This document shows positions 22,239 to 35,032 of a DNA stretch of 64,000 nucleotides, piece after piece. Below the pieces are notes generated by a model that was not told the origin of the DNA, did no database searches, and saw only the letters and a program-made list of their open reading frames with translations. Position numbers and translations under genes: made by a program. Source of the DNA: Spironucleus salmonicida (lineage: Eukaryota); the NCBI RefSeq assembly GCF_000497125.1, contig NC_090600.1, positions 1,261,197 through 1,325,196 on the forward strand, written 5' to 3'. Position 1 is the stretch's first letter, and the number at the start of each line of letters is the position of its first letter.

Positions 22239-23510
22239 TCAAATCTAATCATTTACAAATTTAAGTAGCTTTTTAAACTTTTTAAAGCTGGGAATAGCAC
22301 TCCTAAACTCTGGAAACTCCAATAATTTAGTTATTTTTTGCAGATCTAATTCCTGATCTGTGCATAACTACTCCAAAGTTAAATATTTACTTTTATCTAG
22401 CATTCCACTTACATACTTCACGAAATATTTCTAAAAATCATCATTGTTGAGTTTAAGCATATTTTCTCCATCCCCAAGGACAGCACAATTGTACGTATCA
22501 CATTGCTCACAGTTATTAAGTTAATAATCGAAATCTTCAAATTTTATACCGCAGTCATTGCACTAAAAAATGCAAATTCTTCGTGTCTTTTGCATTAGTT
22601 TCTGACCATACAAGAACATAATAAAACTGCTCATATATCGTTTAATATCTTCACCAAGAATAGATTTTCGGCAGATAGGGCACGAGTAATTCATCTAGTT
22701 AAGCATTTCATTTTTACAGGATGTGTGAATAAAGTGACCACATTTTGGAACAATATAAGCCATAAATGAGTCCCCAATACAACCAAGACATGCGCTACAT
22801 TCTTTAGCACAAATATGAACTGCAAATTCGTTTTTACGGATGCATAATTTGCACGTTTTGCAGTGCTAATACTCAGCCTTATCACCACATTGGCAGCGTC
22901 CACAGTCTGTACAGTGGAAGAAAGGCTTGGCATTGTGGTCTATGAAACATAGAAATTTACAAATTTCACATGAAATTTTACCGAATTTCTAGTTGCAGAA
23001 CTAACACTATAAACCAAATTTCTATGTTTTAGCACAGTAGCGGCACCGTACGGTATCTATTTCAAACTTTGGCAGTGTGTGGTCTTCGACCTCGTCATGG
23101 CAGTAGCGGCAGCCGTAGAACTTCAAACACGTTACACACTATAGCTCACATCCACTACAGTAATGAGGGCATCCTACAGACGGGATCTCTGAGAAGCGAG
23201 CGAAAATACATTACTACAGTGTGAGGTTTTCGAACCAATTAGAATCCAAGTGAAGCGAATTAATAAACGTTTAATCAGGAGGAATTGGGTCATATAATGC
23301 TAATGGACAGTGATAATAAACGTGTTTCAGCTGTGTTTCAATCTCCTTTTTCGATTCTGGGGCTAGAACGTCAGAAGGAAAGATTTTTAGTGTGATATAT
23401 GTTGAATCAAAGCGAGAGGTTGAAAATTTAGGGAATTTAATTATATGAGTTAAAATAATTGTGTTTTAGTGTTCCAGAGAGACGTCAGAGGCATTTGGGA
23501 GGTCGTCCAT
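22239..23510 (-). CDS. CHY zinc finger and RING finger protein (Pirh2/RCHY1-like), 423 aa
   Basis: GCPHYCSGCELQCVTCLKFYGCRYCHDE, FHCTDCGRCQC, CSACLG...PKCGHFIH, CPICRK. Confidence 0.9.
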
Positions 23511-23540
23511 TTTAGGAATGGTGTTAACGAAAGTAAAATA

Positions 23541-26500
23541 TCACTTTTTGAGCATACTTATACTCCGTCCAGGCATACCTTTATTAGCTGTTAGACCGGA
23601 CTATGGAAGCATTGCATTCATTGATTTCATCCCAAATTGGTTTAAATTATGATTTTAAGATGGGGTTATCTTCTACGTATTTCTTGCTCGTACAGACATA
23701 AGAAGCTGATTTCCTGGCATATCTGGTAGTTATTGATGATTAGTTTAATTTGCTTGGTTAAAATTAAATTCCTACTCATACTATTAACCTTATTAGCTTT
23801 TTATTGTACCTTGTAATTTTGAGATTATAAGTTTTTCCTAAATTTTATTTTCGATGTTAATTAAGTTTTAAGTGATGGGAAGACTCTTTACACGATATAC
23901 TTTATCAATTTTATTAAAAAATTTATTAAAATTTAAATGCATATCTGCAAGTTCCCTTGTATTAAATTCTTCTAGAGCGTCTAGTGTTGGTTAATGGATT
24001 CTACTATTTACTAAACGTTGCCAAAGTTGTTTCGATTATTATTCTAGTTTTAAAATTTAGATCTACCTTTTTTCTAGCATATTCTGCTAGTTTTTATCTA
24101 GTCTTACAAACATTTGCATAATTGTACCTGATCTAAGTGTTAAGCTATCAGACAAATATAAATTTGCCGCTTATCTATATCGTGAAGCTAAAATTGGATC
24201 ATCAGACCCAATAATTAATTGTCTATCTTTAGTGTACATCCGACCTCCTGGAGATGAAAATAGATCATTACCATTCTATTATAAGGTTTCAATATTAGTA
24301 GTTTCAGGAATACTCACATCAGTCAAATTATTATAGAGTGGTGTATTATTTAATAGTTAATCGTTTTATTAGTAAATTTAGCCAGATGGAGATATTAATG
24401 TACTATTAATTTATACCAATAAATCGTTTTGTTAATTAAAGATGGCATTATTACTTTAATTTTTCTCAACTAGATTTTCTATATTCTATATTTCAGAATG
24501 CACTACTCTCTAACCATCATTGCAAATGCAATGACCACCTGGGGAAGGAGCATGATAATTATATTTTACTGGCTCAGTAAATCCCATAATACTGTTATGA
24601 TTAATTTATGAATCGTTTATTTTGTTTGTATCCATGTTTTAAATATTAATACTGTTATTATTATCTTAATTTGGTTTACTACCACAATTAGAAGAATTAT
24701 TAACCTTATTACGAACATTAGTATTATTTAGTTCAGTATTTTGAAGTTCTCTGCTATTATTGGTATCACCTGAGTATTAGATATTATCTATATGTTAGTG
24801 TAAGTGACTGATTATCTTTTCTTTATTTCCATTATTGATAATCTTGGTATTTGCTTTTTGTTTATTACTCTAGTTTTTTATTTAAACAAGTTACTATCTA
24901 CTGTCATATTGATCTGATTTTTTCAAACATCTTTTAGTACGTTCCAAATCATAATCTGTGAAACTTCCTTTTTTAATGCCACCATTTTTAGATTTTGTAT
25001 GAATTTTATCATCTATTATAAAATTTGAGTTAATATTTTACCTTATAAACTTATCGTACTTTAAACTATGATCTTATATTTCAATACTATCATTATTTGT
25101 ATCAAAATTTACTTCTCTAACATTTAATGTTTTGGCTCCGGCTGTTAGTGCTTTTTAAGTATCACTTATAATCTAAACAGCTTTTAAATTTTCTAATGAC
25201 TCTATTGAATTTCGGCCCAGTTGATTCACTAAAGCAGTTAATTATTCCTAGCTAGAATCTTTCACATTTCCACCTGATAAAGACATTTAATTAATTGCAA
25301 ATGATTGATTGGTTCTTGTAGGAGAAGCTGTTGATTGCGGAACAGTAGCATGTTATTATTAGTGTGTAAATATTTTAGGATCATAATAATTATCACGACC
25401 ATCTGTCTATATGAATTTATGAATGGGATTTTTAAAATGTTGTTAATAAACTGACAGTTACTCTTTATAAGATTCTAAAAGATTTATTGAGTCCCCTGAA
25501 TCTAGTAAATTCATTTTTTACATATCTATCAAGGTTTAAGTAGTTTATACTTTGTTATATTTTAGTGGAGAAAATTTAAGCTAAATCTATTCTATAGTTA
25601 AATATAAAACATTATCTGCAGCTACTTGGTCTGGATCATCACCATACATATCAAGCCTGGCTGCGAATAATCGAATTATCTGTTCTTATTTAGTTATTTA
25701 ATTAGTTAGATTTGTGACCTTTTCGTCATCCTCAGTAAGATTATTTGTTACGGTGACATATTTATTTTACAAGATTACATAGGCCTATTTAATTTTATCT
25801 AGCTCTTTTATAGTTCTGTCTAGATATTCATTGGAGTTAGAAAATATTTCCAATTAGCCTTTCATTTTTGCATTTTCTGCCTCTAAATTACCATTCCGAA
25901 TAGCTACAGTTTTGAATCGATCGTTTAGGCCGCTGACGCTATTTTTAAACTCGGAAGCTTCGTTGATATCTTTGAGAAAATCGGGGCTGTACATAACTCC
26001 GGTCCTCCTTTTCCCCATAATTTGCTCTTTCAGCAGAGAGATTCGCTTCCTCATATTTTGCTGCTCATTTAGGTTCTTGACTTTCTGGGTATCCGCCAGC
26101 TGCTGAAACTTGTCACTTTCGGTCGATTTCGTGATCAGTTCGACGATGAGGTAGTCGTTGATCTCCGTTATTTCTGCTAGGATCTGCCTGCAGAGCATGG
26201 CCACCTTTTCCTCGGCCGATATCAGCTCGGTGGTCGTGTACCCATTAATAACCTTTAGAATCTGGTCGAACATGACTTCTATCTTGGGCTTGAAAATAGG
26301 GTACAAGTTCTTGGGTGCGAGGTGATCCGTCTCAGGGTTGCAGTTCAGCTCCTGCTCAAATAGCACATAGACTGGCCGTTTTTCAAAAACTAACGCTGTT
26401 TAGTGCTTAGATTTCTCGACAATTTCAGCGAACTAATTTATCATTGATTCTTTAATTTCATCTATACACTTTTTTATCAGTTTGTGCAAAAGCGAATAGT

Positions 26501-26612
26501 CTTTCTTATTAGACTCAATGTTAAGGTTCCCAAAATCTATCATAAGTTAGTGAATATCCAGTGTATTTTCAAAAAATTCCGTATTTTCAATGAATTCATT
26601 TATCTGATTCAT
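23541..26612 (-). CDS. 1023-aa coiled-coil/low-complexity protein, intact paralog of 50850-53925
   Basis: Frame consistent at every checkpoint examined; contains supplied ORF 25854-26366; ends AAGTGA. Confidence 0.8.
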
Positions 26613-27228
26613 GTAGAACTACTCGTATTATAATTTATTTATATCCTTTATCTATATTTTACGTAAAAATTTATTATATTGTATCTTATAATTGATAGCA
26701 TAGAATTTAATATTAATTTAAACTATTTAATTCTACAATAATACTTAAAATTATTTAATATGTCATATATTATCATTATTAAACTTTTCCCTTTAAAACA
26801 ATTAATAATAACTAAACGAGACATAAATTTGTTAGTGGTTATATTATTTGGTAGAGTAAGATTAAATGATACATAAAATATTGATAATATTTTTTCAGTG
26901 ATTTGTTTATAGTTTTAATAAATTTTATTCTACTAAAAATTATTGTATAACGGTAAAAAGCTGGTTAATACTATCTTATAAATATTGATTTTTATTGATG
27001 CAATGATGAGTTTATAGATTATAATAAAAATTACTTTTTAATTCATATTCTAGGATATTCCAGATAATAGTTCTTCAACGTTTGTTTTATTCTATTATTT
27101 ACTAATCAAATGAATTTAAATCCAATTTAACTAATATTTCTCAACATATAATAATGTATATTAAAAATATCATATTTTAAGAATATTAAGAGTTTATTAA
27201 TATATATTATTTTTATTTATTACCATTT

Positions 27229-27996
27229 TCATTATTTAACTTCAGCGTTTTCTACCTTTCTGCCTGGCAATACTTCCAAAACAGCTTCCTTCAAATCACC
27301 ATTCTCATTGAGCTTCGTCATCATCTCAAAGATATGATTGACTGCTATAATTTAGCTACTTTTTAGCTGCGCGAACTACTTCAAGTTAATCTTCACAGAC
27401 GGTATTCCGAGCTCATTCGCTCTGTTCAAGGCAGCATTTTTATGCCTATTTCTATCCACTAATCCACCGATAATATAAATTTTTGAAACATCAAAGCTGG
27501 AAATCTCGGTTTCAGCATCCCCGGAGAGGTAAATATACGGTACATCCTGCCCGTTTTCACGCAAACCTTTAATCTCCTCATCGAGAGAATTCTATGAAAT
27601 ATCAGCATCCCAGTTACTAAATCCTTCAATTGCAGACATGGTATATATATCATTATTATATTACTTGATCATCAGTTTACAAGGTTTTAATGCTTTTAGA
27701 GAAAGTGAATAAGAAATAAGCATTTACAGCCTTAGTGATTTTATTTCAGATGGAGTCATTAGAGCATTATATGCTAAATCAATACACATGAAAGGAGCTT
27801 TACTTAGCCTATTTTTTGATAATTATTTATGGTTTCGCTTCTCTTCAATTTTTGCATTTTTGTATTCAAAATGTTCTTAGTCATACTTTAATAGTTCTTA
27901 AGGGGTCATAGTTTGTATTAATAATTATCTGCGTTCTAATTTAGCAGTATCCTTTTGGTATTTTTCAAGTTAACGTTATTCTTTCCAGGAAAGCAT
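27229..27996 (-). CDS. TRM10: tRNA (guanine-9-N1)-methyltransferase Trm10, copy B, 255 aa
   Basis: MLSWKE...CIDLAYNALMTPSEIKSL...YIYLSGDAE...YIIGGLVDRNRHK. Confidence 0.92.
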
Positions 27997-28032
27997 TTTA
28001 TATTTACTTATATAAAAATATAATGTAATATT

Positions 28033-28623
28033 TCATTTATATTTATTATTTTCACCTTCTTGAAGCAGCCCTGAAAAATTAGTACATGGAATAATATAGC
28101 TATTTTTCATTAATATACTACCAGGATTTATCACACTATTGCATCCAATTTAAGCTCCATCACCAAGTAAAGCGCCAAATTTTTGTAGACCAGTATCTAT
28201 TCCTTAAACTCGTATTGTTTTCTTATCAAGTCTAACATTGCTTATCACAGCGCCTGCACCCAAATGTGCATAATTACCTAATATAGAATCACCAATGTAG
28301 CTTAAATGAGGAACTTGTACATTTTCAAATAGAATTGAGTTTTTTATTTCTACAGATTGCCCAATAATTGAATTTTTTAGTATGATTGCATTCCCACGAA
28401 CATATGCAAAGGCTCTAATTTCAACATTATCTCCTATATAAACTGGATGCTCTATACATGCAAGTGGTGATATTTTAGCAGAAGGAGAAATAAATGACTG
28501 ATTATTTATAAAATGATTAGAAATTTATATAAGAAATTCGTGTGGATAATGCGAATCTTCAAAAATTGGAAATTAAATTTTAAATGCATTAAGATTATTG
28601 ATAAGTTGATGTACTTTAAGCAT
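28033..28623 (-). CDS. Hexapeptide-repeat (left-handed beta-helix) acetyltransferase, GlmU C-terminal-like, 196 aa
   Basis: PVYIGDNVEIRAFAYVRG, EIKNSIL, VPHLSYIGDSILG, HLGAG, TGLQKFGALLGD, IGCNSVINPG. Confidence 0.88.
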
Positions 28624-28685
28624 TTTTGAGATAATATATATTATATAGTAATACTATCAAATAGTTCTTTCTTCGTTCCACTTTA

Positions 28686-29456
28686 ATGGAAATTGTTTAA
28701 TCGACGAATGAACCAAGCTTATAGTAGAAAGGTGAAGCATTAAACTTATAATTTTAACTATTTTCAGATTTAACTAATATTAGAATGTTAATTGAGCCTA
28801 TAAGAGAGATTTCATGTAGACTTCCTATGATAGAGATTGATTAATTTTAGTCAGTAGAAGATTAAATTTTAATCAATTAAAAATTTACTAATTAAATACA
28901 GTAATTACAAGAGCTTGAATTATAATTACTTGTAAGGTTTGATATTTAGACAGAGGATGATATGTATAAATTACTCTAACCATATTAAAAATAGACAGAT
29001 TTAAAAATAATATAACAACCAGTTCAGACATAAGTAAACTACGCATTAATGAATTAATTTAAGCTCGTAAAGCGCTCTTAATAAAATACATTAAATTATA
29101 GCATAATAGGATCAGGCAATACGAAGGAAGTATAAGATGCGGCAGGATAAGTTAGATTTGAAAAAGTTTAGACGATTATTAAAGAATACCCAGGTATATA
29201 TGATGATTCAGTATTTTTCTCAAATATATTAAAGTTATCATCAGCATAATCAGGAAACTTAGATGAAATCAAAAAGCTGTAGGGATTAGTTCTCTAACGC
29301 CGTAAGTTATAAAAAGAATACGTTATTGGGAATAAAAATAAATCAATTGATACTGCAACAATATTCAAAAAAATTGTTGGGTTTGTTGATAAAAAACATA
29401 CGGGAAATGATTAAGAGTTTATTGAAATAATTAAAAAATCAATTTTTGGTTAGTGA
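28686..29456 (+). CDS. Hypothetical protein, 256 aa
   Basis: Uninterrupted table-6 ORF ending TAGTGA. Confidence 0.75.
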
Positions 29457-29457
29457 T

Positions 29458-30699
29458 TCATTTTCTAGTAATATTGTTTGCAGACTATGGTTATTATTTT
29501 TATTTTAATATTTCTTCAAATGATTTTCTTAAATTCCCAGTTAATGGCCGTTTGTTTTTAGTATCAATACACTCAAGCATAACACCAGGAATAAGTTTTT
29601 ATGAAGTTCCAAATTCCATAAAATCTTCTTCCTAAATAACATCATCTTCTGAGTGCTCCTCTTAGTGTAATGAATTGTTAAGAGTTTACTTATTTTCATC
29701 AGTTTGTTCCAGATACTAATAAGGCGATGTTAATACATTTAACTGTTAGGTATTAGGACTTATTTCCAGGCAATCAATATTTTGTTTTGTCAATGTTTAC
29801 ATATACACTGTTTAAGTTAACGAAAGACTATCCTCTAATTATTTACCTTCTTTAATAGTGACATCCACTTCTGGCTCATCATCAAAATCATCAGTATTAT
29901 CATACTAATGAACATACAAAACGTCATCTTCTGTTTCTATAGTTTTTTCTAATGTAGGTTTTGTTTAGATGATAGAATCTTGTTCTAATATTAACGTTTA
30001 TGAACAAAGTATTACAGAATTTGGTTGATAACAAACCTTTTATAACGTTTCATTCTAGTTATCAGTATTAATTTTATATTCTGCCATAATAATAGTATCA
30101 GACTCAGCATGCAGCGTGTCATCTAGTTATTGCATGTTGGTTTTTAATTTTTCTTAATTGATTTACTAAGCAATAACATGCACCTGCCTAATAATCCCAT
30201 ATGTAAGATCATTCATCGATGCAGCGTTATCAAAGTCATCTGAGCCATTTTATTAGAGATTAATATTTTCCGTATCTTGAAGATGTTCAGGTTCCATTTA
30301 AATTTATACAGGCATTGATTATTATTATCTATCAAAAATTTTCATATCTGTGTAATTTTACTTAATTTTATTTACTTGCTGAGTTTCGTTGAGAATACCA
30401 AGTGTAAGATTATTGACTGTTACAGATTTATTTAATTCTGTATTATCACTTAAGATAACTTCTTATATAACTTTGACATCTTGCTTAGTACTTTGTATTT
30501 CAGTAGGTTTGAATATTATTTTTTTAATTTTCTATTCTAATATTTTATTCTGCTTATAGACTGGTTTAGAGTGATTTGTAAAATTTACGAAAAGCTGTTA
30601 AATTCGTGATCCATGAGTATTCACTTCGTTATTTTCATTAATCGATTCAGTTAATATGATGCTAGACCGTTAGGCTAATTTTTAAGGTATTGGCTTCAT
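29458..30699 (-). CDS. Hypothetical acidic low-complexity protein, 413 aa
   Basis: ATG 30699 in frame with TGA 29458; MKPIPQKLAQRSSIILTESINE... Confidence 0.7.
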
Positions 30700-30736
30700 T
30701 AAAAATTTTGTTAACATATATTATATAATATAATAA

Positions 30737-31576
30737 TCATATATCATCTCCAGCATCAGCCTCATCAAGTGGCTCTTCTTCTTCATCACCATCTACACTA
30801 CATGCCAGCAAAAATTGAATCTTCCCACCATCTCCAAATTCATAGCAAACCACAGCAGGGCTTCCGCCAGCAAGTTCGATTCTGACATCGTTTGCCAGAC
30901 TTGCTGCTTTACTAAAGAGAATGAAGTATCTTAAAGTAAATTTTAAATCTACATCTTACTTAACACTGATGCTAGCACCACCTTCACCATCATCTTTAGC
31001 ATTCCCTACTGTAATTGCAGCATTAGATTCTTCCCCTGTAACCTCAAAAATGGCAGTTGAATCAGAACTTGAAGAAGATATTCTGACGACAGACCCTAAC
31101 GCCGAAAGGTCACGTACTAGTGTGGCGAATCTGCTAGAATTTAGACTAATGACACTATCTGGCGCAAATTTATCCGCTGAAAGTTGCTCAGAGTCGGCTC
31201 TGGTAAGTCTAAGAACAAAGTTCATGGTCTACCTAAATTTTTAAGATTCCACAAGAATTTCAATTTAGTCAGGTTAGGAAGAACGTTGAGAAAGAGTTAC
31301 GGTATCATTTGTATCGCAAAATTTTATTAATTTAACAAAAGATGCGAGCCTAAGAGAAATCTAGGTAGCTTGATTACAGCGAAATTGTGAAAAATAGGTA
31401 TCAGGAAGAGCGAGAGATACAAGGCAAATACGAGTTTCGTCAACTGCGTCTACAAAAAGTCCATTTGGTGTGATATTGAAAACACAATCTTTCATAAGAC
31501 CAGATATAGTATCCAGTATCTTTTTAAGAGTATTTGCCTCTGGAAAGCATATTTAGAAATTAATTGTGTCAACCAT
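30737..31576 (-). CDS. PCNA: Proliferating cell nuclear antigen, 279 aa
   Basis: ANTLKKILDTISGLMKDCVF...GLFVDAVDETRICLVSL...FRC...FATLVRDLSALG...FTLRYFILFSKAASLA...IQFLLA plus acidic tail. Confidence 0.93.
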
Positions 31577-32075
31577 TAATAATGAAGAGGAGTGTGAAAA
31601 AATTGGAGAGGTTATTACTATAGATAATAATATAATATTTATAACATTAGGGCGTATAAGAGTATTAATAAATTAGTTTTATATATAAATAATATAGATA
31701 ATAAGTTTAGGCTTGAAAGGGCAATAGGTAAAATAACATTTTAACAAGTCTACAGGCAAGATTCCTTATAAAATAATTTTTTAATATAATAGTTTATGAA
31801 TAGTTATACCATTTATATAACTACAAAAGTATTTAACCTGTAATTTAATTTTCTTCTTAATATTATTATTACCAGATAATTATTTGTTGTTTAAAGGTAA
31901 ACTATAAAGATTTCTTGTTATAATAAAGATCTTAAGTTAATATTTAAACTGATATTTCATGAAGACTTTAGATAGTATATGAATTTTCAAATATTATAGA
32001 AAATTAATTTTTTTTGAAGTATCATAAATTATGCATTGATCAAAATTATAACTAATTACCTAGAAAGTAGTTAAA

Positions 32076-32690
32076 TCACACAAACGCAAACAAAACCCAA
32101 AACCAACTTATAACTACAGCATATAAACCAATTAAAACTCTATCTAAGTCCCAACCATACATAAACTACTTGCTAATCGAAAAACACCCTAAAAACCCAC
32201 CAACCAGACTATATATATGGCCACCTAAAAATCTAGTAAAAATCCAACTAATTGCTATAGGTACACTACCATATACTAATACTGAGAAAACACCATAAAA
32301 TTCCACAGATTTTTAGCCCTGAGTTAAAAATAATATAAAAATTCTAAAAATAACGCTACCATAAAATAAACTACCAAAGAATTAAGGTACTGCTTTTGAG
32401 AAACAAAACAATATCATAAGAACTGGAAGTGCTAAAATCATTTCTGGAGCAGAAGCTACATCTTATGTTAGCTTGAAGAAGGGTAAAATACCCAATAGTT
32501 TTTTACCTATTAATGAAAAATCAACGCCTAATTCTTACAAGATAGGATTATTTCTTAGGTCTATTTCATTTTATTGCGGAGACTGTGATGCTTCTGCATC
32601 AAAATGAAATTATTATGCTACTTGCTTTGCAGGTTATGGTTTCTCTTCGACTGGTGGTGCAAAATCTGAAGCATTTACTAAATATGACAT
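32076..32690 (-). CDS. YIP1: Yip1-family Golgi membrane protein, 204 aa
   Basis: PILQELGVDFSLIGKK, FSVLVYGSVP, multiple TM helices. Confidence 0.78.
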
Positions 32691-32737
32691 TTTAGAAGTT
32701 TTATACAACCATATATAAATATATAATATTTAATAAA

Positions 32738-34990
32738 TCATTCATTTATTCCTTACAATATCTATAATTATGTCTTTTATATCTCTTTTAGTAATGCATT
32801 GCGTTTAACTCGATTAAGATAAACCTTTTCTTTAATAATACTTGGCAATCCATTATTTTACTTACTTTATTTGTGTATGCAACTGGTTACTACTTATGCT
32901 TTCTAATAAACAGATCGCAATGCAAAAATCTTTCTATGATATAGATTGATTTTGTTTTTTAATTAAATATTCAACGAATGTGCTAATTCTAAATCTTCAT
33001 CAATAATTCTAGGTGACTCTGTAAAATCATTTCCAGATAGTTTAACTAGTAGTTATTCAAAATCTAGTGGTTCTAAGTGTTCTTCATTATATTTATTACT
33101 TTTCACCAAATTTTCAGGACTATCTTTTAACTTTTACTTGATAGCAATACAAGATTCTCTAATAACAGATAACTGATTGTATGCATATGTAACTGAGTCA
33201 ATATTTATATTATCAACTGTGTTATTGTCAGATAATATAATTGGTAATGTAAGTAAATTAATTTCTTGAAAATATATAATTTCCTTATCATAAATAAAAA
33301 ATGTGCCACTATCAAATTTGTTTACAAAATTATTAGCTTCTTACAAAGAATTAATATTTACTTGGTATTAATCATTATGCGTAGTTTGGAGATTGAATTT
33401 TGAATAATCATCAAAAATAAATTATAATTACTTTATTTACACTACTACTTATTCTAATTAGTTAAGTTTATATTTTTCCAAAATTGCTAAATAAAATGGG
33501 CACTCTTCACTTTATTTTAAATCACTAACCTATTATATGTTGTACTATATTATTTTGGAAATAAACAACTGGTTACAATTGATCCCAAGTACAAATAAAT
33601 TTGCAAACGTAGAAACCATAGAATCATAGTTATAAGTAGTTTAAATATTTCGTTCAATACTCTCTTTAAAAGTAAAAGATTTTTATAATTATTAACAAGT
33701 TAAATAATCTTAAATTTAGAGTGAAATTTCTTCATCTTTTTCAGGTAATTCATTTTAACAGAATACTGAAATACTATTACCAAGTATTTGGTAAGTCTCT
33801 TAATTCTAACATAGTTCTATAACCAAATTTGCTAATGAATCTAAAGATTGATAGCTTTTGACGAAAATAGTTTCTAACTTAGTTTCTCCAAAAAAGAAAT
33901 TCGCTTTAACTATTTAATAGCTTTTGATATTATTCTTAAGAATATAATTAAAAATAAAACCTTTATAAGTATAAAATAGCAGTTGACTTATGATTTATTG
34001 AATTGTTTATAAAAATTTTTATTAAAGAGGAGGGAATATAAATCTTTGAAGCTTTTGCTCAGGACGACACACCTAGGAAGTATCAAATCCTTATTTTAAT
34101 ATATAATAATATTAGACAAAATTTAAAGAACTAGGTAGGAGAACACAGTTTTTTTATTTGGCAGCTGTTCTCATTGTTAATTATTCACATGTTTAAGGAA
34201 AAAAATTGATTACATAAAAGTTATTTTATAGTGCAAAGTATGATGATTAAATAATTTAGTTAAAACTCCAAGTTGACCCTAATGCAAATTTATATGATAT
34301 TTATATACAAATTGGTCCGAATTCGATTAAATAGGTATTAATATAATTTGTAGATATTGCGTCTAAAAGTTATTCTTGTATGGCCTATTCGAATAACTAT
34401 TTCATCACTAACGCTTTGCCAGTGCATTACGTAAATGGATTTTAAAGCACATTTATAAATTCAGCTTGGCTTAATTTTCCAGACAGAATAATATATTATA
34501 CATAATTTTAATCTTCATAGCCTAATATTGAATCTCTAGACACTTTTAATTTTGGGATAAGCTATTGGTAATAAATATTTTTTGAAGTGTTACCAAGACT
34601 ATTAATATAGGTAAGAATATTTTATGCAGATTTGGCTTGCTTTCCAACATCCTCAAAAAACTGCTAATATGGTTTTTATTCAATAATTGCCTAAAATAGA
34701 TTGTTTGGCTCTTTCTCAGATAAAATATTGTACTATACTTTTTAATCTAGATCGGTAGCGGTTAAACCAAAAGATGTAGTTAAATTTTTATAAAATTTAA
34801 GAAGTAAATTAACAATTTCTTTAGTTGAGTTCATCAAAACCGCCATGTGTAGAGGCGTTATTTTTCCAGGAAACAGAAAATATATACCTTAGGAGTGGTA
34901 TCTTTATATTAATTTAAAATTTTGGTCACGTAAAGCTTATACCAAAGGATGAGGACTTTATGTTTGAATATAAATATCTTAAATTGTCAT
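32738..34990 (-). CDS. Ankyrin repeat-containing protein, 750 aa
   Basis: Uninterrupted table-6 ORF; ITPLHMAVLMNSTKEIVNLLL...FGLTATDL. Confidence 0.78.
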
Positions 34991-35032
34991 TTTAATTATA
35001 TATTTTATTTATATATTAATTAGTATATAAAA

